DNA of 64,000 nucleotides from Geosiphon pyriformis uo1 (Eukaryota > Fungi > Glomeromycota). Positions within the stretch are counted from its first letter, which is position 1; every line of letters starts with the position of its first letter. Of the stretch, positions 13,256-25,629 are shown one piece after another. A program made the translations under genes and the position numbers. Under the pieces are notes generated by a model that did not search any database, was not told where the DNA came from, and saw nothing but the letters and a program-made list of their open reading frames with translations. Location of the stretch: contig JAAOMT010000594.1 of assembly GCA_016748015.1 (NCBI GenBank), positions 1-64,000 of the forward strand. The letters are read 5' to 3'.

Positions 13256-16057
13256 TTTTTTTTTAATATTTTTATGTTTATTTTAAAAATTTATTAGATG
13301 AAAAAATTGTTAATTTGTTTAATATTATTAATAAACTTTAAAAACATTATAATAAATTTATTTTAAGAATGCTTTTAAATTTTTTAAATTTTTATTTATT
13401 ATGTAAATTGGTTTTTTAGTCTTAAAAAAAGTTTAAATATTTATAATTTTTAAGTTTATAAATAAAATTTTTTTAATTATTACTAAACTAATTGTTTTAA
13501 TTAAAATTATTTAAAAAATATTTTTTTTAATAGAATTTTTTTAGCATATAATTTAGTATTTTTTATGATAATAATTTTTTTGTTTTAAAAAATATTTTAA
13601 CTCAATTTTTGATTTTTACAATAAATTTTGTAGAAAATATATTAAAAAAATTGTAAATTCTGACTGATCTTATAAAATATACACAAAGTTTATAATTTTG
13701 TAAATTAATATTATTTAAAGAATAGTTTAATTAAAATATAAATATGTAAAAAATTTATAACATTTTTTGATAGTATATATAATAACAAAATTAATTATAT
13801 TATAATAAATTATAGATTAACAAATAAATATTAAATACATAATAATTTAGACTAAAGTAAAATATTTTTTTATTGCTCTAAAAAAGTTTTTATAATTTTT
13901 TTTATGTAAAATAAAAAAATATAAGAGCTTATATAGTTATTAAATTAATACTAAATTTGTTAAGTTTAAAAAAATTAAAAATTAAGTTGAATTAATTTTA
14001 TATTTAGTAATTAATATATTTATTAATAATACAATTTAAATAAAAAACAATTAAGTTGCTATTTAATATATTTTGAATATTATAAATAAGTTTTTTATAA
14101 TTAATAATATTTTTATCAATAATAAAAAAACTATAGTTATATTTATTAATCAAAAAATAAAAAATACTTATTAAATAATTAATAATTTACAGATTTTATT
14201 ATAAAAAAAAGAGATCTATATAAGTTTTTAAACATTTTTTTGTTATTAAATAGTCTGTTTAAATCTAGTTTAATTAAAAAATATTTAAATATTAGATTTT
14301 TTGTTAATATAATTTTGAAAAATATTATTTTAAATAAGAAGTTTTTTTATTTAATTTTAGTTATATTACAGTTTATTATTAATTATAGAACTTAGTTTAG
14401 TTTTATTTTTAAAAGTATATGTAATAAATAAAATATTTTAATCAGAAAAAATTTAAAAGTTAAGGCCAAGTTTTCAAAAAATTTTTTAAGTAAAACTGTT
14501 TATTACTTATTATTATATAATTTAAAAATATTTAAATAATTATAGACTAAAAAAAAGAGTTTTAATATTATTTTTTTAAAATATAAATAGTATTATTAAT
14601 TAATTAATTAATTAATTATAAATTTTTAAATTTACAAATATTAAATTGCTTTTTCAATTATTTTTTACAATTTTTGGTAAAATTAAAAGTTAGTTTAATT
14701 AATAATTTTTTGGTTAAAGTTGTTAGACTATTTTTGAATTATACTATTTTTCTTATAAATAATTTTTTTTGTATTTTATTTTTTTAGTAATATTTTAATG
14801 TTTGTTGTTTTAGAATATTTGTTTTTTTATAATATTTTTTACTTACTTAAAAAATTTAGTATTGTTTTATTAAGCAGTTTTATACAAAAAATAAATTAAT
14901 TTTTAATTGAAAAAATTTTTTTTATTAAAAAAAACTTAATTCTAAAAGTTTTGTTTTCAATTAATTTAAATTAACAACTAGTTTTTTGGGCTATAATGTT
15001 TTTAATTATGTTATTTTGTTTTTAGTTGTTTATTTTTGGTTTTTTAACATATTTAATTTGTATAATTTTTTTTACAATAAAAAAGAATTTATTTAATATT
15101 AACTTAAAAATAGTTGATATTTATACATTTAAATTCTTATAAAATTTGAATGTATTTAAGATAAAATATAATACTATTGTATTTTTTGTGAATTTGAACA
15201 TAACTATTGATATAATAATAAGTAGTTTGGTTTTTTAATACTAATAAAATTGCAAACAATTGTTTTAACTTTAAAGTATATATTAACTTTTAGTTTTATA
15301 ATAATATATTTAAATAACTAAATTGTTTTAAATATTTGTTTATTTAAATTGAATATAGTATTGTTAAATTTTTATAATAGTTGTTAACTTGAGAAATATT
15401 ATATAATAAAGATTATTAAATTTAAGATTCTTAATATAATTTGATCAAAAATTAAAAGCTATTTAAATATTTTAGAAAATAAAAAAGCTGATAAATTTGT
15501 TCATATTGTATTCTGTTTAAATATAATGTTTTTTGTTTGTGTTTATAAAAGATATATTAAGATTAATAAAATAATGATTTTTAAAAATACTTAATATCTT
15601 ATATATAATATTTTCAAAACTATTTATTATACTTAATAAAAAATTAGATCAAATACTAATATTATTAACAAAAATTTAATTAAAAATATTAATTGAATTT
15701 GAATTTTTTTGGTTTAGTACTCTAATTTGCATGTAATTTTTAAGTTTACAGATAAATTCATAACTGGTTTATGTTTTTTTTTTATAAAAATTTTATATTA
15801 TTATTTGTTTATTATTATATATAAATATTTATATAATAAAAAATATTCTAATATTTTGTGTTTTTATTATAGAAAAATTAACTTTTTTGATTATATTTTT
15901 ACATATAAAATAAATTATACTTTTTATAAAAAATTATTAAATTTATATATTGTTTTATAGAAATTTTTATTAAGATTATACTTATTATTATTTAGTATAT
16001 TATAATTGTTTTTTCTTATATAATTAATAATATAAGACTTTTTGTCTCCTTAATTTT

Positions 16058-18184
16058 ATGACCACGACCAGAACTAAGAGTAAAAAGGCTGCACCTGATA
16101 TCTGTCCTAAGATATCTAATAAAATTTCAACCAGAGGAGCTCTTTCTGTTGTAGAAGCAACTAGGCAAAATGTTTTAGAAGCCTTTCCCTTACCCAGTAA
16201 TTGTGAAAAGCTGCCTTTGGTAACCGCTGAAGCAATTTTCTCATTTTTGGCTGGTTTCTCACCAGTCAAAGTTCCCTCAAAGAGACACACCTGGGTTAGT
16301 CCTAGTGTTGTCTCTACTCCAACCAAGAGCCCAAAAGTTTTTAATAATAGACCAGTGAATAAGCTGGTCTTCCCCTCTATAGATTCAACACCTGGTGCTT
16401 TTAGCGACACCTCTTCAAAAAAAATGGTCAAAAAGACAAGAAGTTCAAAAAAGTGGGGGCAGTCGCTTGCCTCTGCTATTGTTACACCGAACCCCTTTAT
16501 GGTTTCCAATGAGATCTTAGGTGAGATCTTTATAGCATCATCTGGCATGTCATCCAAGATGGGCCAAGATCAACCACTGGCTGTATTGCCAAATGTGGTG
16601 TCTTCCAGCAGATCATCACCAGTTTTAGAAGCAAAACAATCTTCTTCTGTTGGGTCACCTGTTCTTGGGAACTGGGCTGATCAAATGGAAACTGATTCAT
16701 CTCCTCCTTTAGTTTCTGGTGCTACTTCTGGTGGTGCTTGGGAAACTATTACTAGTCGTCAAAGGTTTGCTGGGTGAGTGGTCTCCACTCTGGTGCCTAG
16801 TGCTACTTTTAAGACCAAATTGGCTCATGTTAAGACTGTTTTTCAGTCTGTGCATGGTTTCTTGGGTGCCAAATCTGTTTCAAAAGACAATGTGAAGCTT
16901 TTCTGTGTGGAGTTTGCTTCTCAACAGTCTTTGGAAGCTGCATTTCTGGTTGAGCTCACAAGCTCTGTTCATTTGGCCACCCTCAAAATTGCCAAGTCTT
17001 TGGTGGTTTCTGAATTTGGTTCTTCTTCTGCTGCTGTTGTGCTGCATGATGTACCTTTGGGTGTGTCTGCTGCTAACATTAAGTTGGCTCTCAGTGTGTT
17101 TGGTAGTGTCGCTCGTGTTGTGCTGAAGCCTGCTGGCATTTGGCAGTATGTGGTGGTTTATTTTGAAAAGTTGGACTCTGCTGTGTCTGCCTTGAAGCAT
17201 TGGTCAATCTTGGTGGACAAGGATAGTGTTAGAATCCTCCCTCTGGTAAATTAAAATGAGACTATTTTGTCTTGTGATAAGTTTAAGGCCAAATTAGTCA
17301 ACCTTCTCCCTGGTTGTACTGCCTTTGAAATCAGTGATATGATTTCTCAGATTGGTGGTCGTACATGTTTTATCTCTCATTCTCCTGATTCTAATCATCG
17401 TTCCCAGTTCGCTTTGGTTACATTTGACTCTCAAGACGATTTGAATTCTGCTGTAGTTAAGACTAGTACTCTAAGAAAATGCCATATCTGGTGGGAAACT
17501 TCTGGCTGCTGGCGCTGCTTTAGGTGTCAAGAAATGGGCTATCTGGCCATAGATTGCAAGATTTCCCCACCCCCTACTCCCAAGGTTCTCAAGGTTTTCA
17601 GGTCTCGTTTTGTGGGTTCTGCTTCATATGCCAAGACTGCTGCTCCTTCTGGTCTTTCTGAGTTTCCTTCTTTGGTGGCTTCTTTGGCTGCTTCTGTTGT
17701 TGATCCTGCTGTTGGTTCTAGATTGGACTCTTTGGAAAAGCAGATTTCGGATTTGGCTGCTCTGGTTAAGTCTATTGTTGAGCCTGTTGGTTCTTTGGTT
17801 GCTTTGGTGTCTCATCTTCTTGATGATAATGCTGCTAAGGCTGTTCAGGTCGAGAAGGATCTCATCTCTATGAAGAATGCTGCTAACAATTTTTCTAATC
17901 TCTTGGTTGGGGTCTCCAAGGACATTGCTTGTCTTAGATCTGAGATTGACTTTGGTGATATGGATTATGATGGTATGCTGGCTGCTAAGCCTTCCTTTTT
18001 AAGTGAGGACACTATTGAGTGTGTTATTGCTTTGTGGCGTATGTCTGATGCTGAAACCAGAGGCAATATTGAGTCTACTAGATTGTTTCTTAGTGAGTTT
18101 ATTTTTGACTTTAGGAATCTAAATGGTATCATTGAGAGAATTCATGGGTTGGAATTATTTCCACCTACTTTTGATTTAGTGTAG
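16058..18184 (+). pseudogene. About 708-codon LINE ORF1-like protein (RRM-like regions, zinc knuckle, coiled coil) with two premature stops
   Basis: ORFs 16058, 16778 and 17267 share one frame, split by TGA (likely TGG) and TAA (likely CAA). AVVLHDVPLG...FGSVARVVLKPAGIWQYVVVYF aligns with ORF1 AVVIKEISMD...FGEIKSIKIQLIGLWEKTVVQF. Knuckle CFRCQEMGYLAIDC (H to Y). Confidence 0.88.
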
Positions 18185-18215
18185 TGAGTCCTTGATTGGG
18201 CTGAGTGTTTGATCA

Positions 18216-18232
18216 CATGTAGAAAATGCATG
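18216..18232 (+). other. 3' UTR stem-loop CATGTA-GAAAA-TGCATG, candidate RT recognition signal
   Basis: 6-bp stem with one G-U pair; stem identical to that at 25033-25049. Confidence 0.7.
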
Positions 18233-18457
18233 ATTTACGCCTATAATGTAATCCCTTCTGTGGTATCATAGTTTAGGTGGTATTTGGGTCTCGCTCGTTA
18301 AAATATAATAAAAAAAAATAATATAACTTCTTTCTCTCCTTCGTCCCAAATTCCTGAAAAAGAGTTAAATTTTGAAAAAAGTTTTTTCTGTTTTTACATA
18401 CTGTTTTCCACTATTTCACAAGAATCAAACCCTTTTGTTGTTGAACCGGCTGCCATT

Positions 18458-20320
18458 ATGAGTGGTCCTAGTGCTAAAAAGAGGTCTGCCAAAGTTTCGA
18501 CCACTGGTTCAATTGGTGGTGGTTCAACTCAAAAAGTCAAAAAGTCTTTCAGTGGTGTTAAACTTTTAAGTGTGGATAAAAATCTCAAAGATGGTGGGCC
18601 TGTTAGTGTGGACAGGCAACTTACTAGCATAGATACAGATGGAGAAGCCTTTGATGGTAAAGCCATTTCTGACTTCCAAATGAATATGTCCAATGCGAAG
18701 CGTTTCAATACTGGTGTGGTTATCAGTTTCCCTCTCAGCTCTATTAATTATGACATGGATGATGAGGAGGAAGTTTCTCTTCTCTCCCATTTGTCTTTTT
18801 CTTTAGAAAAGGTGTGGGTGGACCTCAAAATTGTTAAAACCCAGGTGGAGGTAGCTGTAAAGAAATCTTTTGCTTTGGACATCAATCTTTCGGCTGTGGA
18901 AGAGAAATCGGCGATGACTAAAACTCAGATTATAAGGAAATTGTTTTCACGAATCAATGGTTTTGGGAGGGCCACTACTCCCTCAAAATTTGAAGAAATC
19001 ATCAGATCGACGTTTACTTTGTCAGAAAGCATGGAAAAGACTGCCTCATTGGCCAGAAAAAATGACATTGTGGTAAACAGCGATATTAAGAGACAAGGAG
19101 TTCGTTCAGATCGGGCCGTAGTCATCAAGGAAATTTCCATGGACACACCAAAGGAAATAATTGTCGCCGCAGTATCCAAGTTTGGAGAAATTAAGTCGAT
19201 CAAAATCCAGTTGATTGGTTTATGGGAAAAGACTGTGGTGCAATTCGCCAAATTGAAACAGGCTGTGTCTTTGGCTGCTAAGTGGTCCTTCCTGATTGGT
19301 AAAGACTTGGTTTGTGTGGCTATGGCGGTGGGCAATTGTGAAACTTGGGCATCTAGGGACCAGTTCAAGGCACTTTTGTTTACTTTGCCAGTGAGAACTA
19401 CTGCTCATAATCTTGGAGATCTTCTTGAAGGGACTGGTGGAAAAACTTGTGTCATAAATTGGTCATTGGAAACTGGTAATAGGGTCCGCTGTGCTGTTGT
19501 GTGTTTTGATTCTGATGAGGTTTTGGAATCAGCTTTTCGCATGGAACCAATCCTTGGTGGTGTGAAACTCTCATGGACTAGGCTGGATTTGGTTCGTTGT
19601 GAACAATGTGGGAAGTTTGGTCATTCTGCCTTGGAATGTAATGCTGAGGTTGCATCAGCTTTCAAATCTTCAAAGTTTTTTATAAGGCTTACCAATCCTA
19701 ATACTCATCTCCAGCTGGCCAAATTGTATGTGAAGAAGAATGTGCCAATTTCTCGTCCTGTTGCCTTTGGTGGCAAATTTTGGGCTCAAGTGGTCTCAGT
19801 TGTTTCAGTCTCTTATGGTTTTTGTGCTGGTTCTGGTTCTGGTTCCCCGCCTTCCGGTGATTTGAGTTCGGGCGGGGTACTCCCTCCTCTATCTGTGGTT
19901 AATTCTCCTTTAAGTGCTTGCTTAGCACTTCTGGAACACTCTGTGGAGCTTTTGTCTGAACAAATTTCGAACATTCTTTCTCGTCTTGACAATATTAGTT
20001 CAGCACCCTTGGCACCTTCCTTTCAATTGGCTCCTTCTGTGGTAGTTCTTCAGTCCTTAATCTTTGTTCCTTTTGTGGTTGCAAACTCTGACTTGGATTT
20101 TGACATGGCGGTTGATGATCCTTTTGTCCAGCCTACTTCTTTACCTCCAAGTGTTACTGGTTCACTATTGGATCCGAGTAGTTCCAAAGTCCTGACTTCC
20201 AAAATTGGTGGTCTGGAATCAAAACTGGTTGCTCTCAACATCTCCATTGGCTCAATTTTGGCTAAGTTGGATCAGTTGTATGCTGGCTTGGGTTCTTTGG
20301 TTATCTCTTTATCACAATGA
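18458..20320 (+). CDS. LINE ORF1 nucleic-acid-binding protein, 620 aa, open
   Basis: Uninterrupted ORF upstream of ORF2 with CCHC knuckle CEQCGKFGHSALEC and coiled-coil-like segments. Confidence 0.88.
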   Translation: MSGPSAKKRSAKVSTTGSIGGGSTQKVKKSFSGVKLLSVDKNLKDGGPVSVDRQLTSIDTDGEAFDGKAISDFQMNMSNAKRFNTGVVISFPLSSINYDMDDEEEVSLLSHLSFSLEKVWVDLKIVKTQVEVAVKKSFALDINLSAVEEKSAMTKTQIIRKLFSRINGFGRATTPSKFEEIIRSTFTLSESMEKTASLARKNDIVVNSDIKRQGVRSDRAVVIKEISMDTPKEIIVAAVSKFGEIKSIKIQLIGLWEKTVVQFAKLKQAVSLAAKWSFLIGKDLVCVAMAVGNCETWASRDQFKALLFTLPVRTTAHNLGDLLEGTGGKTCVINWSLETGNRVRCAVVCFDSDEVLESAFRMEPILGGVKLSWTRLDLVRCEQCGKFGHSALECNAEVASAFKSSKFFIRLTNPNTHLQLAKLYVKKNVPISRPVAFGGKFWAQVVSVVSVSYGFCAGSGSGSPPSGDLSSGGVLPPLSVVNSPLSACLALLEHSVELLSEQISNILSRLDNISSAPLAPSFQLAPSVVVLQSLIFVPFVVANSDLDFDMAVDDPFVQPTSLPPSVTGSLLDPSSSKVLTSKIGGLESKLVALNISIGSILAKLDQLYAGLGSLVISLSQ

Positions 20321-23300
20321 CCAGTTTTATTTGGAAAATTGCCACATGTAATGTTAGGGGAATGAACAATCCTGCAAAGCAGGAGGACATTTTTTGCTGG
20401 CATAAGGAATCTGGTAGTTTGATCTCAATTGTTATGAAAACCAAGTTGTGTTCTGGTTCACAACCATGGATCATGAAAAGGTTTGAGGGTGTTTGGGTTT
20501 TTACGTCTGGTCTGGATGTTGGGTTTTGTGGGGCTGGTGTGGCTATTTTTGTGAACAATTCTCTGGCTCATCATGTTTCCAAAGTTGAGGAAGTGAAGAG
20601 CAGGGTTTTTTCAATTCACCTTTTGTTCAAGAACAAGCTTTCTGTGTCTGTCATTGGGCTTTATGCCTGTGCGTCTAGTGGTAACTGTTTTGCTCAGGCT
20701 TCTGTTATTAATTTATTTATTGCTGATACTATCAACAAGAGTTCTTTTGTTGTTTTGGGTGGGAACTTCAATGAAGACAATTCAGTCAAGAGGGTGAGTC
20801 TTAGGAAATGTTTAGGTTTGGGTTTGGTTAATGTTTTTGGTGGTCACTCTCTAGCTAGAATTCCTACTTGGAACAATTCAAGAGGCATTAGCAAGGTTTT
20901 AGATTATATTCTAGTTAGTGACTCTTTGATTTCAGTGGTTGTGGATTGTGATGTTAGTTCTGTCTCAGAATTTTTTGACATGGATCACTTGGCTGTGTTG
21001 ATGTCTATTGGGTTGGGTGGTCTTCTGGATGCTTGTTTGAACAGCATCCACAAGCACACTAATAAAGATCACTAAAAGTTTAAGATTAAGGATGCTAATA
21101 AAAAAAAGTGGGCGCATTTTAAGGACCTTTCTGAGTGTGTGCTTTTGGGTTCTCTGGATAGGTTCAAGATGGCTGAGAATGGTGGCGACTTGGATGGAAT
21201 GTGGAGGATGCTAACTGATGCCATGACTGCTTCTGCTGAAAAAATTTTTCAAGACATTAATATAGTGAATTTGATTGTGCTAAGAATAGACTCTCTTCTA
21301 AATTTTCCAGGTTGGAGCTTCTGGTTGCCAAGTTATTGAAAGTGCTGAGACAAGATGATACTTTGGGCTTTGATTGTCTGGCTGACACTTGGTTTAAGGT
21401 TGACTCTTCCGAAGCTTCCAAAGTTTTTGGTATGGTCGGGAATGGTGTGGGTCCTGCTGGCTTGATAAGTCATCTTTCAAAAGTTAGAAAGCAATATAGA
21501 AAGTCCAAATATTGTGAATCTGAGGTGGCCAAAAGATCTGCTATCAGAGATGCAATTGATAAGTGTATGGAAAAGTTCGAAACGGACAAAGGTGGAATGA
21601 TTCGGAGCATCCTGGAGCAGCCTTTTCACAAAGTCGTTCTGGACCATTTGGTTGTTGGTGATTCTCTTATTTTGGAACCTGACAAAGTGAAGCTCAAAGT
21701 TGATGAAATCATGGTTAATTGGACCAGGAAGCGGAATGCTCTTCCTGTCTTGTCTGGTCCCTGGGCACAACAATATGCCCCTTTGGCTTATGTTAATGAT
21801 AATGCTTTCAGTCTGGTTATGTGTGATATTACCATGTGTAAGTTGTCTTTGGTTATAAGCGATCTTCTTGATGGTAAAGCTGCTGGTTTGTCTGGTATCA
21901 CCAATAAACTTTAGAAACATACTGGCAGTTTGGTTTTGGAGTGTTTGTTGTCTTTACTGAACTCTTGTTTGCATTTTGGTAATGTTCCAGTCTATTGGAA
22001 AGAGGCCTGGATGTCCATGATTTCTAAGCCTTATGATTGGAATAACGTCTTGTCAAATACACGTCCTATTGCATTGATTAAGATGGCCAGAAAGATTCTG
22101 TCGAAAGTTCTCTTAGACAGGATTTCTCTTGCTTGTAGTAGGTTTGATGTCCTCCGTGGTAACAACTTTTCTGTCCTCAAAGGCACTTCCACTCAGTCAC
22201 CAATTTCAGCTGTGGGTTCAATTGTGGAGGATGCTTTGGAAAAAGGCCGCAAGCTTTGGCTACTTCTTCAAGACATGCACAAAGTGTATGACTCTGTTAG
22301 TTGGCCTCATTTAGAAGCTAGTTTACGCCATATTAAAATGTGCAGCAAGTTTATCAAGTTTTTTGGCAACATTCACAACAGTCGCTTCAACAGAGTCATA
22401 ATGAATTTTGGCCTTTCTGATGGATACAAAGTTCTTGATGGTTTGAATCAGAGCGAAGTTTTCTCATCTCTTTTATGGAGAATTTTTTATGACCCTTTGT
22501 TATGTGAAGTTGCGAGACAAGATTATTTGTGTGGTTATCGGATCAATTTGAACTTTGTGTCAAGGACTGGAAGGATTGAGACTAGTGGGAATATAACCTC
22601 TTTTTTCACAGCTGGTGCCTTTGTCAATGACACTATTTGGGTGGGAAATAGGCAAGCCTCTACGCAGCACATTCTTAATGTGGCCAGTGAGTTTTTCCTC
22701 ATCAATAACATTAACATAAACAATGAGAAGACGGTTGCCATTCCTATCAACAAAAGAGTGGGGGTTCCTGTTTTATCTATCAATGGCCAGGCTATTACTG
22801 TTGCCAATCCTGGTGTGAGTCATTGATATCTGGGTATTTTTTTGTCTACTGATGGTTTGTCTAAGCCGAGTCTTGCCAAAACCAATTCAGATATTAAGTT
22901 CTTCTCAAATATGGTTCTCCAGAAGGCTGTCTCTGATAAACAATTCTCTTATCTGGTTTCAGCTGTTTTGCAATCCATAATCAGTTATTGAATGCAGTTT
23001 AGTTTTGTTTTCAAAGCTGTTTGTCTAAAATGAGATGTTCTAATTAGAAAGGGTCTTAGGTCGAAAGCCAATTTGCCGAGAGACTTTCCCAATGAGGCGT
23101 TGCACCACCCCTCTCTTTATGGGCTGAAATCTTTTGAACAGTTGCAAGCTGAATGCAAGACAGCTTCTGTTGTGCAGTTTGCGAATTCTTCTGGAATTCT
23201 TGGCCGACTGTTTGAACATCAAATTTTGGATTTGCAGGTTTTGTGCTGGGCTTTGTTGAATCCTCTGCAATATTCTGTTAAGCTAAGAGTAAACACTTCA

Positions 23301-25001
23301 AACAATTTTCTAGCAGGTGTGGTTCATATATTTCTTGACAACAAGCTGTCTTTGGATAATAGGCTTCCCTGTGCCTTTTGCTCTCCTGGCCGTTTCTCAA
23401 TGTCATTAGTGTTGGGTGATCCTTTGTATTTCAATGTGGTTTGCTCTTTGAAAATTGCTGGTGTGGCGTATGGTGACCAACTTCTGGACAAAAATGGTTC
23501 TATTGTTAGTTGGCGTACGTTTTGCCGATGGAAAAGACTTGGTTCTAGAGGCCCCATGTCTTTATGGTTTTTGAAGGCCTCTGCTTACTTGAGTACTTGT
23601 TTGCATGCTTCCCCTCTTGCAAGTTTAGCTTCTGTCTGTGCTAGTGTTTTGGATTCAACATCTTTTGCCGACATTCGTGAGGAGATTCATAGATTGTGGG
23701 CTGATAAGATTGATGTTTATACTGATGGTTCTCTTAGAAGTTTGTGTATGTTTTAGGTGGCGTGTGATGCTGTCGTTTATTTTCCTGGCTTGAACAAAGG
23801 TTTAGGAGTGGAGGTACATGGTGTGCTGTCTTCGACCCTGGCTGAATTACAGGCTGTTGCCCTGGCTCTGAAGTGTGTTCCTGCCTCTGTTTCAGTGGCT
23901 TTGCACATGGATAGTCAAGTGGCTATCAATGCATATGTGACTGAATTGGGTCTGTTACAGCCGGATTGTCGCAATAGTTGCTAGATAGAAAGGCACCATG
24001 TGGTTAATTTGATTGAATTCAAAGATCTGACTGTCCACTGGATCAAGGTCAAAGGTCATGCTGGCATTGCTGATAATGTTTTGGCTGACGTTCTTGCTGA
24101 ACAGGCTGTGCACTCTGGGGTCTCTTTTCTTGCCAGGATTAATTATAGATATGTGATTGTTGATGGCAGGCCAGTTTTTGGTAATGCCCGCCATTTTGTA
24201 CATGACATTTTTCGTTCTATTTGCAAGTTTCAGTGGAAGGTGGGTTCCGGCCAAGGGGTTGTGTCTTGTTTGTTTGGTCTGGTTGTTGATTGGAATAGTA
24301 CCACTCTAGTTTGACACCCTAACTTTCATATGCTCTCTGGAAGTACATGTCGAGCCACTGCTGCTCTTTGTACATATTTCATGAAAACTGTTCATTTCAG
24401 GTTGCCTGTTGCTGTTCAAAAGAGATTGTATAATAAGGTTTACCCTGGTGTGTCTTGTCTGTTTTGTGGTGATGTGGAACTCCCCGATCATGGTTTTACT
24501 TGTGTTAAGGATGCTTCTGTGTGGTCGGATATTTTGGGTGATTTTGGTGGTTTGTGGAGGACTCTGATGAGTCCTAATCTACTGTTGCCATCTTTTGTAC
24601 TGCAAGATTTCTCTCTGGGGGTGTCTGATGTTAGGTTGTATTCGGTTTTTTGTAAGAGATTTGTTCTCAAGAGTTGGATGGATGAGGCCACTGTTTCTTT
24701 CAGCAACAAGAAAAAAGTGGCCATTGTGATAGTGAATTTCATCCATCGTTTGGCTAAGAGTCATAGAATGAATTTCTGGCTCTTTAGAACTAAGTTTAGA
24801 TCTGACATGGAGAGAAGTGGTTTGATTGGTGATAATGTTGTTGTGGTCAGTGCTCTTGGTGTGGGTGCTCTGTCTTTCTCAGCTGGCATGGTCTACCTTA
24901 TTGGTGTGCTAGATTCTCTTGATGTCAGTTTCGGTTTTAGGGGTAGGTTCTTGTTTTTGTCTGGTGCTGTTCATAGGGTTAGTGTTTCAATAAGTGTGTA
25001 G
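20317..25001 (+). pseudogene. LINE ORF2 with multiple stops and at least one frameshift
   Basis: APE (IATCNVRG, LGGNFN, LDYILVS, DHLAV); RT (RPIALI, QDMHKVYDSV, AFVNDT = FVDD with D to N); RNase H (DVYTDGSL, AELQAV, HMDSQ, WIKVKGHAG); CLFCGDVELPDHGFTC. Confidence 0.95.
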
Positions 25002-25032
25002 TGTTGCCTTGATTGGCTCGAGTGGCCAGTCA

Positions 25033-25049
25033 CATGTAGCAAATGCATG
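25033..25049 (+). other. 3' UTR stem-loop CATGTA-GCAAA-TGCATG
   Basis: Same stem as 18216-18232; loop differs by one base. Confidence 0.7.
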
Positions 25050-25629
25050 AACCATGTTTAGTTGGCTACTTTTCTTTGTAACTTATTTTAGACTTTGGTT
25101 GGGCTGCACTCGTTAATAAATAAATAAAAAATAATAATAATATATTGTATATTGTTTGTATAAAAGTATTATTTTTAAAAAGTAATATTAAAAAACTTTG
25201 TTTATATTTAGTAATATTAAAACAATTAATAAGCTTATAAATTTTATATACAGTTTAAAAATAATTTATTATAATAAAATATAATTAATAAGATTTAAGT
25301 ATAAGATAGTTATAAAAAAATTAGTTTAATCTATTATAATAATTTATGTTATTTGTAATCTGTTATTTTTATTTTTAAATAATATTGTAAAATTACTTAG
25401 AATTATTGAAACTTTTGACATTTATTTTAATTTATACAAATTATGTATATATTTTTTAAATATTAATAATAATATATATATTATAATAGATTTGTAATTT
25501 TGTTTTAATTGGTTTAAATAACTAGTTATATATAGAAAATATATAATTTGTATTTAGTTTAGATTATTTAATATAATATAATATATTAAATAACATATAA
25601 ACTTTATTTATTAAATAATAATAAAAAAT

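Larger units (their letters stand above)
16035..18316 (+). mobile_element. ORF1-only non-autonomous non-LTR element (HAL1-like)
   Basis: Single ORF1-like frame followed directly by a 3' UTR homologous to the LINE 3' UTR, CTCGTTAA and an A-rich tail; no endonuclease or RT. Confidence 0.85.
18326..25134 (+). mobile_element. Full-length LINE (ORF1; ORF2 APE-RT-RNase H-Zn finger), inactivated
   Basis: 5' UTR, ORF1, overlapping ORF2, 3' UTR with hairpin and A/TAA-rich tail. Confidence 0.96.

Noticed and set aside
15727-15960. AT-rich hydrophobic ORFs (also 4046, 30351)
   Set aside because: Compositional artefacts of very AT-rich, mostly eroded TE DNA.
18195-18240. Hammerhead ribozyme in the 3' UTR
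   Set aside because: No CUGANGA core or three-stem junction; only a simple hairpin.
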